DNA of 64,000 nucleotides, from contig NC_045697.1 of the NCBI RefSeq assembly GCF_009834535.1, forward strand, positions 117,306,001 through 117,370,000, in the 5' to 3' direction. Within the stretch, counting starts at the first letter, position 1; each line of letters begins with the position of its first letter. The translations under genes and the position numbers were made by a program. The DNA comes from Camelus ferus. Taxonomy: Eukaryota. Positions 25,005 through 36,160 of this stretch are shown here, one piece after another. Below the pieces are notes generated by a model. The model made no database searches and was not told where the DNA came from. It saw only the letters and a program-made list of their open reading frames with translations.

Positions 25005-25995
25005 TACAGGCTTTGGCATCAGACAGACACTAGTCCTTCTTTTGGTTTTGCCATTTAGTGGTCACAGAACCTTCAAGCAAGTGTCTAAACTTTGCAAAGT
25101 TGCATTACCCTCCTTTATGATCGGTGGATAATACAAGTACTAGCCTCATAGTACACAGCGGAGGGTAATTTTTTTATTGAAGTATAGTCGCTTTACAATG
25201 GTGTGTTAATTTCTGGCATACAGCATAGTAATTTAGTTATGAATATATATATTCTTTTTCACATTCTTTTTCATTATACGTTATTATAAGATATTGAATG
25301 TAGTTCTTTGTGCTATATAGTAGAAACTTGTTGTTTATTTATTTTACATATATTAGTGTGTATGTGCAAATTTCAAAGTCTCAATTTAGCCCTCCACCCC
25401 TTTACCCCTCTGGTAATCACAAGTTTGTTTTCTATGTCTTGAGTCTCTTTCTATTTTATAAAAAATCCATTTGTTATGTTTTTATATCCCAAATATAAAT
25501 GATATCATATGGTATTTTTTTCTTTCTCTTTCTGACTTACTTCATTTAGAATGATGATCTCCAGGTCCATCCATGTTGCTGCAAATGACATTTTCTATGG
25601 CTGAGTAGTATTCCATTGTATAAATATACCACATCTTCTGTATCCAATCATCTGTCAATGAACATTTGGGTTGTTTCCATGTCTAGGCTATTGTAAATGT
25701 GCTGCTATGAACATTGGGGTGCATGTATTTTTTTTTTTTTGAATTAAGGTTTCCTCCAGATATATGGCCAGGAGTAGAATTGCTTAATCATGTTTTAAGT
25801 CTATTTTTAATTTTTTGAGGAATCTCCATGCTGTTTTCCATAATGGCTGAACAAAACTACATTCCCACCAACAGCATAGGAGGGTTCCCTTTAATCCACA
25901 CTGTCTACTAGCTGAGGGTATTTTAAAAAATAAGGTATGCAATACCTTTAATACTGACACATATGAAGCACTCAAAAAGCATTAGTGTTGGTTTT
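25005..25995 (+). mobile_element. MIR SINE split by an L1
   Basis: Left part 'caggctttggcatcagacagac...ataatacaagtactagcctcatag'; right part 'gacacatatgaagcactcaaaaa' after the L1. Confidence 0.65.
25173..25909 (-). mobile_element. 5'-truncated L1 (about 740 bp)
   Basis: Minus-strand ORF contains [44 protein letters not shown] / AGCTGAGGGTATTTT (25157 and 25910). Confidence 0.95.
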
Positions 25996-26106
25996 TAAGT
26001 TGTCACAAGCATCCAATAATTTAATTCTTTCCTCTGTGCTTTATTGGCATGCTCTGCAGACACATACTTCCTTGGCGGTACATTGGAGGTTTAAGAGGAG
26101 TGGTTT

Positions 26107-26759
26107 GGGGACTACATCAAACTAAACAGCTTCAGCACAGCAAGATAACTCATCAGCAAAGTGAGCAGACAATTTACAGAACAGGAGAAGATATCTGCAA
26201 GCCTTATCTCTGATAAGGGGTTAGTACCCAAAATATATAAAGAACTCGTATAACTCCATAGCAAAAGAAAAGAAAAAACAAATAATTCCATTAAAATGGG
26301 CAAAGGATCTGAATAGACGTTATCCAAAGACATACAAATGGCCAAAAGGCACATGAAAAGATGCCCAAAGTCATCAGTAATTAGGGAAACACAAATTAAA
26401 CCACAACGATATGTCACTTCACACTTGTTACAATGGCCATCATGAAAAAGACGAGATAACAAGTGCTGGTAAATATGTGGAAGACAGGCAACCCTTGTGC
26501 ACTGTTGGTGGGAATGTAAATGGGTGCAGCCATTATGGAAAACAGTATGGAGGTTCCTCAAAAAATTAAAAATAGAACTCTCATTTGATCCAGCAATCCC
26601 ACTCCTGGGAATATGTTCAAGGGAAACAAAATAATTAACTAGAAAATATATCTGTGCTCCCATGTTCACAGTAGCATTATTTATAACAGCCAAGATCCAG
26701 AAGCAACCGAAGTGTCCATCAGCGGATGAATGCATTAAGCAGTTGTGGTATGTGTGTAC
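26107..26759 (+). mobile_element. L1 ORF2 C-terminal fragment, pseudogenised and lacking its 3' end
   Basis: Translates as DYIKLNSFSTAR*...CWWECKWVQPLWKTVWRFLKKLKIEL and MFTVALFITAKIQKQPKCPS, with in-frame stops. Confidence 0.93.
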
Positions 26760-27399
26760 TAAATCACAAGGTCGCACACCTGCCAACTGCTTCCGCAGGT
26801 ATTTCCATCATCTAATGACTGAAAAAGATGAGTGCACCAAGGATTCAGTTACACTGTTTAAAAAGTTACATTTCTTTATTAGAAAAACAAACAGAACCTA
26901 TATTTAATTTTAAAAAAATAGAGAAAATACACACGTACACACAAAAAGAAAGACAGTATTTTTCTGTTGCTAATTTTCCTCGCTGTACGTGGTGTTCAAA
27001 AGATCGCTTCACTAATTTTAAGTGCATCTTATATTTGCCCTGAATGTTAATTTATTTAAAATTGCTCAAACCATATGTGAACGCACGCTAATTGTTAGAA
27101 CAAAATCTAACAATATGGATGGTACAATCCTAAACCACGTCTGTGCCTGCCCCCAGCCCCACCCACCCACACTCCGTCTTGAGAGAGCATCACGGAAAGC
27201 AGCTTTGAATGCTTCCTTCCAGGCTGCTTCCATGCAAGTGGATTGCCTACCCGCACTGTCGGTGAGCGCAGGACTCTCACTTCACAGAACAACAGGATGT
27301 AACAACTATATGGAAAAAAAAAAAAATCTTTAGCAAAGATGGACCAAGAAAGGGAGAAGCTGCAGAACACGAGGCTGTTTTACGCACATGGATTACCTG

Positions 27400-27550
27400 A
27401 CCCCTCACGACAGCCCCAGAGACACGTGCTATTTTCTGAGGTTCCAGAAGAGTCAGGGGAAGCTCAGGCTGAGAGCTGTCTTAACGGCATGTTATTAACA
27501 AAAGGCGGAGCTGAAATTCAACCAAGTTCTATCTGATTCCAGGACTTCAA
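27400..27550 (-). mobile_element. MIR fragment
   Basis: 'cctcacgacagccc...gggaagctcaggctgagag...gcggagctgaaattcaaccaagttctatctgattcca'. Confidence 0.6.
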
Positions 27551-29779
27551 ACTTACCAGTTCTTACCGGTAACATGATGCTGCTTCTCAGTGTCTTTTGG
27601 ATCTTTGTTTTGTTCTTTTTTAGGGGCAACAAGAAGATTCACATACACACACACACACACATCCCTATACAGACATACACACATGCACGTGAATCTTAGG
27701 ATACACAGAAAATGGCAATGCTATCTTTGCAGAGATAGGGATAAATAATCCAGCAATTATTTGAAATTATCCTTTAAGACAATCTCCAAGAGAATAGATG
27801 GACACATTTTTTTTTTTATATGTCAAAATTCAACCAGTATGATCTAATTAGATAAATACCTACCCTACTTATAAATTTTGGCACAGCAGTCAGTTAACTG
27901 TGGGATGACACTACGGGGCGAAGACAGAAAACGCATTCGAATGATGTCCAAGCCAGCGTGTGGGTGCTTTCGGAGCTTCGAGTCCTTGGCCTGGATGGGA
28001 ACCTCAGTTGCAGCTGATCGGTGAGCACACTGGCCACGCCCCTCAGGAAAGCAGCAGGCTTGTTCTCACATGTTTCTCGTCGGGATTCGGGTCACTCACG
28101 TTCAGGGCCTCCCATTGGTCAGTCTGGTGTGGCCCCGCCTCTCTCCCTACAGCTTAGGTCCAGCATCTGGGCTGATCCTTGGCACTGTCCTGGTGAAGGG
28201 AAGTTCCTTCCCAGAGGTGGTGCTTAATCTTTCAGAGGTGGAAATCGGATCCCTCTCTGAGCTTCTGCTAACAGGGGAGCATCCTGTCCATGTCAAGTTT
28301 CCAGCCCAGAGACCCTTCCCAGGTGTCACCTTGTGTCAAATATGCTAACAAACAGAACCCATAGCCATCCAATCAGCTCTTCTGGAAGTTTCTAAATGAA
28401 AAACTCAGACATTTATCAGATATGAGGCTGCTCTGAATGGTTTCAGGAATGTTCCAAGTTCTGCGAACAGTAGAAAGATTCCCAAAGGGACAGACAAAAA
28501 TATTTAGGACAGATGAGTTAAAAACACATATACTTCCATTAATGTTATCAAAGATGCTACTTGCACCTAAAATATACATTCATTGTTTCTGAGGGTGAGG
28601 GAATATGACAGGAAAAGAAAAGAGGATGAAGAAAAGAATCTGTCAGAGACATTTTAACCAGACAATATTCATTTCAAGTATAACCATAGCATATGTAAAA
28701 TATAACCTACAGTTACATTTATATACAGTTACACATATATACAGTTGTATTCAATTTAGTCCTACATAGTTTCAGAATTTTTAGAAATTCCAAACACTTC
28801 CACTAAATACTAGAATACTTATTAACATACTATCTATGTGATTAATAAAAACCACGAGCTACTGTTTTTACTGCACAATTATTCGCTGACTTTCTGTTTT
28901 CTACAGTTGAGTTCTTTTATTGATTGCACTATACATACTTTTGATGCTTGCTTACACATACACAAATGATTTAATAAAAATATTTCACAGTCCAAGCTGA
29001 TAAATGCTCCGAGTTCAAAAATACAATATATGATTTCTCATAACTAATATACTTGATGCTTAAAACTCCTTCTCTTGTGAAATATTTAGTGAGTAATTTC
29101 TTATTCACTTTTTTTCTCTGAAAAGCACACAATCTTTCATTCAGAGACGGTCTTATGGAAATGTCCAGAAGGACAAATGCAGAACATATCAAATGAAGCC
29201 CTTGAGGCGATGCATAATTCATTCCAAAAAGCAGAGCTTTCGTTAAAAAATTCAGAGACTTATTTGTTGGTTTGAAATGATCTTTTTTCAGTTCACTGAA
29301 CCTAAGAATGATTCCTGAAAGAATTTAGCACCTTTCTCATTGATTTCTAATTACAAAGCTCTTTATGAAAAAGTGCTACTAAGTTCATAGTTAGCACACG
29401 CACGTGTGATCTCTGGAAGTGCACACCTGCCCCCGCATCCACTACCTACTTTCCACACCCGGATACACAAACAGGTGCACTTAAAAAAAAAACTAAGTAC
29501 ACACATTTCCCCCTCTTTTATTTAATGTCTACACATGCCTAAATATAGTGAGCGCACCATGTTAGAAAATGAAACTGACAACAGCCTACCCCTAGACTTG
29601 TAATTCTCCAACTGAGCATTTTTGATTCTAGGACTTCTGGGACACATCTGCATGATTAATTAACTGACCATCACACAGGCTGAGTAAGTGGAGCGTGCAA
29701 AAATTGACAAACAAACAGACACGTAATAGACGTGCCTTATTATTTGTGGGCAGAGCTGCGCAGACCACTTCTTCACGTG

Positions 29780-30045
29780 GCTCACAGCTGAGCATCTTTC
29801 TGCTAGTCTGTTTGCTAATCTAACTTCCTTGATGATGCTGACCCTGATCGCTTTATCTGAGGTGGCCTCCCTTCCACCCCGTCCCTCATGTTGTTTCCTT
29901 TTTCTCTTTGCCGCAGCGCTCACCCACATTCTAATATCCCACGAGAGCAAAGGTCTGTGTTGAGCACACTGATGGATCCCAAGTGTCTAGAACAGTGCCT
30001 GGCATGAAGCTCACTGTTCCTGAGTTTCGGCTGGACGAATGCATC
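29780..30045 (+). mobile_element. L2 3' end
   Basis: 'cactgatggatcccaagtgtctagaacagtgcctggca...gacgaatg'. Confidence 0.75.
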
Positions 30046-30249
30046 TTCATTTGGCCAAGAAGAAAACTGAGGCATGAGAAGTCAGCTTACCAGGATTACA
30101 TGACTGGGGAAAGGCTACCTGGTTCTGAGTCTAGCCCCACACCAGAGTAACTCTTGTCCTGATGAAGATACACATTCTCCTGGCCATCTGCCGCAATAGC
30201 TCCCCAGTGGAACAACAGGACTTTGCATCGTCACAATATTAAAAAACAC

Positions 30250-30306
30250 GATGATGTACACCAGAAATTGACACACTGTAACTGACTATAGTTCAATTGA
30301 AAAAAA
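30250..30306 (+). mobile_element. Ultra-short L1 3'-end insertion
   Basis: 'tgtacaccagaaattgacacactgtaactgactatagttcaattgaaaaaaa'. Confidence 0.85.
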
Positions 30307-30462
30307 CAGATTGGCTAGAAAAGTGAGTGCTGGCTCTCAGGAAAATCAATTCTAACAGAAATTTCTTTCTTACAAATATAAACTCAGGTAAGTACTCTGA
30401 AATCTATCAGTGGTGGACTGAGCAACTTCACAAGTGGATTGGATCAGTTTTAACACACAGTC

Positions 30463-30855
30463 TGTCATGTGCTCATCTGTGTCTCCCCCACCACACCATG
30501 CATAGGCTGAACTCCTAACCCCCAGCACCTCAAAATGTGGCTGTACATGGAGACAGGACCTTTATAGAAGTAAGTAAAGTAAAATGAGCTCACAAGGGTG
30601 GGCTCCTCTCTAGATGGCTGGTGACATTATAGGAAGAGGAGACTAGGACACAGATCCAGGGGTGATTGGGTGGGGACACAGGGAGAAGGTAGACATCTGA
30701 AGCCAAAGAGAGAAAAGCCCTTAAAACAGATTTAATCTGCTGACACCTTGAACTTGGGCTTCCAACCTCCAGAATTTAATACAAGAAAAAAAACCCTGTT
30801 ATTCAAGCCACCCAGTCTGTAAGATTTTATTACAGAAGCCTTAGCAAGATACTCA
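30463..30855 (+). mobile_element. MaLR solo LTR, MLT1B-like
   Basis: 'cctaacccccagcacctcaaaatgtgg', 'ctgctgacaccttga...cttccaacctccagaa' and 'aagccacccagtctgt'. Confidence 0.88.
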
Positions 30856-32060
30856 TGAAATAAAGTAAATAATAATTTATTATTATTAAAAAAGTGCAGA
30901 GAGAAAATTTCCTTTTATTTGAAATTTGAAATTTGTGTGTAAATCTGTGTATGCATCAGTAAATAGAATTTTTTTAAAACAAGCAATGAATTAATACTTT
31001 TCACTACATTAACGTGCATTTTGGAAGAGAGACATGAGAGATCCATGAAGAAATGTTTTCCAAAAATAGAGAATTCCTCAGGGTTCAGAGAACTTTTTAT
31101 ACAAAGCCTGCTAGAACTGAAGTAAAGTTCTCTATCTTTTTCTTTAGGATCAGGGCGCTGTTGTTTATTTCAAATCTACTATTTAAATACAGGGATGTTT
31201 AATCGCACAGGGACTGGAGACATAAGCTCCAGCCCAAAATAGTTCAGTTGTTTCAAAACTGTTAGGAGCTTACTCTGAAAGCATTGTGTGTAGCCCATTT
31301 CGTGTTACTAAATTATTTAGAATTTAGACCCACAAAAGACTTGGGTGGGGAAGGACTATTTTAGCACCGATATTATCTAAATTTGTCAATGCACTGTGAT
31401 GATAAAAAAAAAGCCATCTTTTAATCGATATTATTATCATTATTTAATTTTCCATAGGCAGCGCAGCTCTGGTTCCTGAATTGCCTCCCTCAAAGCCCCA
31501 AACCCTTTTTAATTTTTAAGCCATAACTTTATGTTTCTGCATCAACAGGAAACTTTCCCGTTTTCCATTCTGATAGAGCTGGAATCGGTTTCAAATAAAA
31601 CCAGCTTTGTTTGTCGACATAGCATGTCACAGACTTTCCCAGCATAAAGTGAGGATGCAGTGGCTTGAATATTGACAAAGCGAATGGTCCTTTTTGACTT
31701 GGTTGTGTGATGGCCTATTTTTTTCATGGAATTGTTTTTCTCCAAGTAATTTTGAAAATCCCTAGATATTGGCACAGGCCTGTGATCCAGTCCTGTTTGG
31801 ACCCAGCAGATGTCACCGTGGGAGGAACGTGCTGTGCGGGACTTCTGTGTGAAGGTCTTCTTCCTTTTTGGATTGGAGAGGGGTGCCATTGTTCCCTCCG
31901 TCTGTGTAGGGGCTCTCAGATGCCCCGTGTGTCCTTGCTCTTCCTGCCTACAGGACTTCTTGAAATCACTTTGAAGTAACAGAGAGAGGCCTCCCTTATT
32001 CCGTGGAAGGCTCAGCAGAAAGGCAGAGGAGTTGAGAAGAGCAAGAACAAAGCTGTTAGC

Positions 32061-32266
32061 CGCTATATATAAAAATCGATCTGAAAAAGCAAGTTTCTTC
32101 TGTACGGCACAGGGAACTATATTCAATATTTTATAATAACCTTTAATGAAAGTGAATATGAAAATGAATATATGAATGTATATGCATGACTGGAACATTG
32201 TGCTGTGCACCAGAAACTGACACATTGTCACTGACAGTACTTTAATTAAAAAAAAAAAAAAAAAAA
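32061..32266 (+). mobile_element. Short L1 3'-end insertion with poly(A)
   Basis: 'cagggaactatattcaata...gtgcaccagaaactgacacattg' followed by a long A-tract. Possible AAAGCTGT/AGAGCTGT TSD. Confidence 0.92.
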
Positions 32267-32379
32267 GAGCTGTATTGATGCTAAAAGGCACCTGTCCTTT
32301 GGGTTTATTTATTTAGTCGACAAATGCTAGTGTGCTAGGTATCTCCCTCACCTAAGGGAACATATTTAACATTTGTGAC

Positions 32380-32480
32380 AGCAGTAGAGAGAGATGGAAT
32401 TCCTACCTTCATGGTGCAAATGGGGAAATTGAAGCCCAGAGCTGGAAACAACTGGTCCAAGGTACACAGTCCACAAGGGG
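32380..32480 (-). mobile_element. MIR core fragment
   Basis: 'caaatggggaaattgaagcccagag...aactggtccaaggtacacag'. Confidence 0.65.
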
Positions 32481-33403
32481 CTAACCCCACATCTTCAACC
32501 AAGATGCCCATCTCCCTTGTGCAAACCTGTAAGCTGTGCGGCTTTTCACGGGCACACACCTATTTCCACAAACAACCGTATTTCCCTGATAGTTGAGCGG
32601 AGATGGTTTCTGGAATAGTGCACAAATCCCCCCAAACTTTTCCAACGATCTATTTCTTGGTACCAAGCACAGCTCATTGCTCCCCACCACCCACCCACCC
32701 TCCATCTACTGCAGTGTGCCCTCTTTTGGGGGAGAAATTTCTCTTCTTGACTTTGTATCCTTTTCTGTTGTCTGGTCCCCACTGGGGTCACCCGTGGCTT
32801 TTAAGTGTAATACCTCCCTGACTGTGAGTAGAGAACGATTATGGAATTCTATGGGAACCTAGGTGGGTAAGTCCTTAGAATAGTGTTAGGTGTTTTTGAA
32901 AATAGACTTGTAAGGTGTGAGAAATTTCACAGACATCTTTGGGAGATCAAGCACATTGGGGATCATTGGAATCCAATGCTGTCAGTGTTGGGACCATATC
33001 TTTAACATCTTCAAGATTTATTTACTCCTGCCAGTGTTTCCAACGATGCCAAATCTACATGTTTGGTGTTTCTCCTTTCTTGACACTCCTGACACCAATC
33101 TGCTATCACCGGGGTTTCCTAGACTCTTGCTGGATTTTTATGTGTTTTCTCTTGTCTCTCATGCTAGAAATAAAAGAAAAGAAAACACTGTTTCTCTCTC
33201 TTAGTGAGATTGAAAAGAGAAAAATACCAAAAGCCCAGGAGAGGGTGGTTCACAATTAGACAGAAAGAGGGGTGTGAGACAGGATCTAAGGAATGAGAAG
33301 TGTGGGATCTCCTGAGCCTAAAGGAGACACTTTCAAGTAGATGGAGATGCTCTGGTGCCAAGTGCCTGCGGTTGCAAAATAATGAAGAAACTTAAAAGCT
33401 CTT

Positions 33404-33506
33404 ATTCAGTATCTTGTAATAACCTTTAACACTAGAAATTGACACATTGTAACTGACTGTACTTCAATAAAAAACTGAATAAATTTTAAAAAACTCAATT
33501 AAAAAA
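33404..33506 (+). mobile_element. Short, internally deleted L1 3'-end insertion
   Basis: Perfect 10-bp TSD AAAAGCTCTT (33394-33403, 33507-33516) at a TT/AAAA site. Confidence 0.9.
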
Positions 33507-33928
33507 AAAAGCTCTTGGGATGAAAACAAGTGTGCAGAATGGCCTTAAAGACTTACTTGAACAATTAGAATAGGCAGGACATTTTATCTGTATTTTTCTA
33601 TTACAAAGTCTCTGTTATGCTTCTTTTAAAAAATATTTTATTAAACTCTAGACTCGTTGAGTAGTTTTTTAAATAATTTTTTAAGGCTTTTACGTTATTC
33701 AGTTTTTACATATCAGTCTAAATTAAGAAAATCTGCAACATATTATAATTTGAAATCATTTTACATTTTATTCTAGCACCATAACACAATCCCACAAAAC
33801 ATTTGCACATGCTTAAAATAATAATTGCAATAATAATACATACTGTATTAAATCTTCTAATTATAGTTATTTATACATAATGAAATTTGAAAATAAAGTA
33901 AAATATTTTCACTGTTTCATATACACTC

Positions 33929-34019
33929 TTTTTTTTTTTTTAATGGAAGTATTGGGGATTGAATCCAGGACCTCATGCATGCTAAGCACATGCTCTACCC
34001 CTGAGCTATACCCTCCACC
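33929..34019 (-). mobile_element. tRNA-Ala-derived SINE (vic-1-like), short-tail form
   Basis: The reverse complement reads GGAGGGTATAGCTCAGGGGTAGAGCATGTGCTTAGCATGCATGAGGTCCTGGATTCAATCCCCAATACTTCCATT, then poly(A). Confidence 0.93.
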
Positions 34020-34329
34020 AATCTTCAGTAGTTGTCTGTGGGGTAGTTGAGTGAATTTTTTAAAGTATTTTATAATTCTTCCAGATAATACCAAGTGTTG
34101 GATTGCCAAATCAAACCCACAGGAAGCAGGGATCTCAACCAGTCCTAAACCCTATCAATAATGCAAATGATATTGGCAATCACTGGGCACAGGGACAAGG
34201 TGGAGCCATCTGAGATCATCGGCAAAGCTCCCTGTTCCTTTCACCCCACAACAGAACGTGCTCTGCTTCAAATTTACCCTGTAAGGTTGTAAGCAACACA
34301 AGTGGGGGTGAAAGATACGTGGAGGGTGT

Positions 34330-34975
34330 TGTGATGGTTGATTTTACAGGTCAGCCTGACTGGGACATGGGGCCACCAGATGTCTGTTCAGACATGATTC
34401 TGGATGTGTCTGTGTGGGTGTTTATGGATGAGATTAATATTTGAATCCCCAGACTGAGTAAAGAAGAATGTCCTTCCTCACGTGGGTGGGCCTTATGTTG
34501 AAGATGTGTTGGCAGAGCAACAGCTGACATCCTCACAAGAGACAAGGAACTCCTCCCGCCCAACTGCCTTAGATCCTGGGCAGCAGTTTTCTCCACTCTT
34601 GGACTCCATCCACACCATCGGCTCTCCTGATTCTCAGCCTTCGGTCTGGAACTCCACCCTCAGGTCTGGGGCTCCATCAACTACAGATCTCAGGACGTCT
34701 CAACCTTTATAATTGCATGAGCCAGTCTCCTATAATAAGTATACCATCCCACTTATGTAAACACACACACATTTTATTTCTCTGTTCACTCTCCTCCTGA
34801 GAGAATCATTTTTATCTGTTATTCTCAAAATGAGAGAAAACAAAGTGAACGTATTTAATTTAAATGAACTTAATTTATATAACAATTTAATGTGTAAATC
34901 TAATATATTTTTATATATTTTCATCCATCCTATTGGTTCTGTTTTTCTGGAACATCTCTCTTTTCTGATCCACAT
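34330..34975 (+). mobile_element. ERVL solo LTR, MLT2-like
   Basis: TGTGATGGTTGATTTT start, 'gatgagattaatatttgaatc...gactgagtaaag', and 'tcctattggttctgtttttctgga' near the end. Confidence 0.88.
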
Positions 34976-35186
34976 ACTACATAGCTCATGTAAAATTCTC
35001 TAGTGAGCTATGCCCATAAATACAGAAATTGGAAGCTTCCTTACTACCTATATCTTGTGAAATTTTTTACTGGGAAGACCTCTGCATTAGCCTCATTATC
35101 TCTTTTGTTGATAAATATCATCAGTGTTTACCAAGAGGTCTGAAGTCCGTGCTCAAAAGGGGACTTGACTCGGTCAACTGTTTGTG

Positions 35187-35375
35187 TTTTTAAAATTGAA
35201 GTATAGTCGATTCACAATGTTGCATTAGTTTCTGGTGTACAGCATAGTGATTCAGTTATACATACATACGTTCTTTTTCATTCTAGGTTACTACAAGATA
35301 CCAAATACAGCTCCCTGTGATCTACAGTAGCATCTGGTTGCTTACCTATTTTGTATATCTTAGTACCTGCAGATT
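35187..35375 (-). mobile_element. Short L1 3'-end insertion
   Basis: 'ttgaagtatagtcgattcacaatgttg...tctggtgtacagcatagtgattcag'. Confidence 0.9.
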
Positions 35376-35421
35376 ATTTCTGGGAGTGTCCCACATCACA
35401 GGGGAAAGAGATGCACTTGTT

Positions 35422-35540
35422 TTGCAGGGTGGTAATTAGGTTTTTATTCATTCATTTCTTTGGAGGAGGTTCTGAAGGTTGAACCCGGGACTTCGCGCAC
35501 GCTAAGCATGTGCTCCACCACTGAACTGCACCCTCCCCCC
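35422..35540 (-). mobile_element. tRNA-Ala-derived SINE (vic-1-like), long-tail form
   Basis: tRNA head plus CCTAATTACC tail. TSD AGAGATGCACTTGTT / AGAGGTGCGCTTGTT (35407-35421, 35541-35555). Confidence 0.9.
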
Positions 35541-36160
35541 AGAGGTGCGCTTGTTGCAGAATGGCATTCAGATCACAGAGGGGTACCACACGCTGGTCGA
35601 CCCCAACGTCTCAAATTTAGGAGGGGGTACGTGGCCTTTCCCGGTTGAAGTGACAATTCGGTCCGGTTCTTAAGACTCCACTGACAAGTGGCTTCTATCA
35701 GATGGAGAAAAAAAACATCATAGGAGGTGGAGAATTGCTCATAGAAAATAGTGTTTCTTCACGTGGTGGCAGAAGTCTGTGAGGCTCAAGAAAAAGAAAC
35801 CTCCGAGAAGGGCCCTAAAAGGCTGGAAACATCAAAACCTTGATGAGCACTGAGTAGGGCATCTCTGCTTGGGGCGGTCCAGTGCTTCCAGTCCACCTTT
35901 CCGCCCATGAGGGCCGTGGGTACCACAGGAGTGGGGAGGGGCCGCGGGACTGTTTCCGCTTGCTGTCGCGGCTACCGAATCAGGAAAACTTAAGCATTAT
36001 CTGATGAGCCGATGTAGCGCATCTTTGCTCCAGCGCAGTGCACACCTGCGCGCGCACACGTGGCTCTCACCGTGTTAATACCAGCGTGCCATAAGGCAGA
36101 GTCACTGCGCCCTAAGGGTGGGTGGAGAAAAAGTTCTCCATCGACCTCCAGCGTAGTTTA
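35480..36160. promoter_or_regulatory. Weak CpG-island-like cluster
   Basis: About 35 CpG in about 680 bp by manual count, against a CpG-depleted background. Contains TGCGCGCGCA (36047-36056) and CACGTG (36057-36062). Confidence 0.45.

Noticed and set aside
26112..26786. 224-aa minus-strand ORF
   Set aside because: Antisense shadow frame of an L1 ORF2 fragment. The sense frame contains stops.
31542..32291. 249-aa minus-strand ORF, the longest in the window
   Set aside because: The N-terminal third is the antisense of an L1 tail and its poly(A). The remainder resembles no protein I recognise.
35841..36004. Box C/D snoRNA (TGATGA...CTGA)
   Set aside because: No convincing terminal stem or recognisable guide, poor spacing, and no host gene evident.
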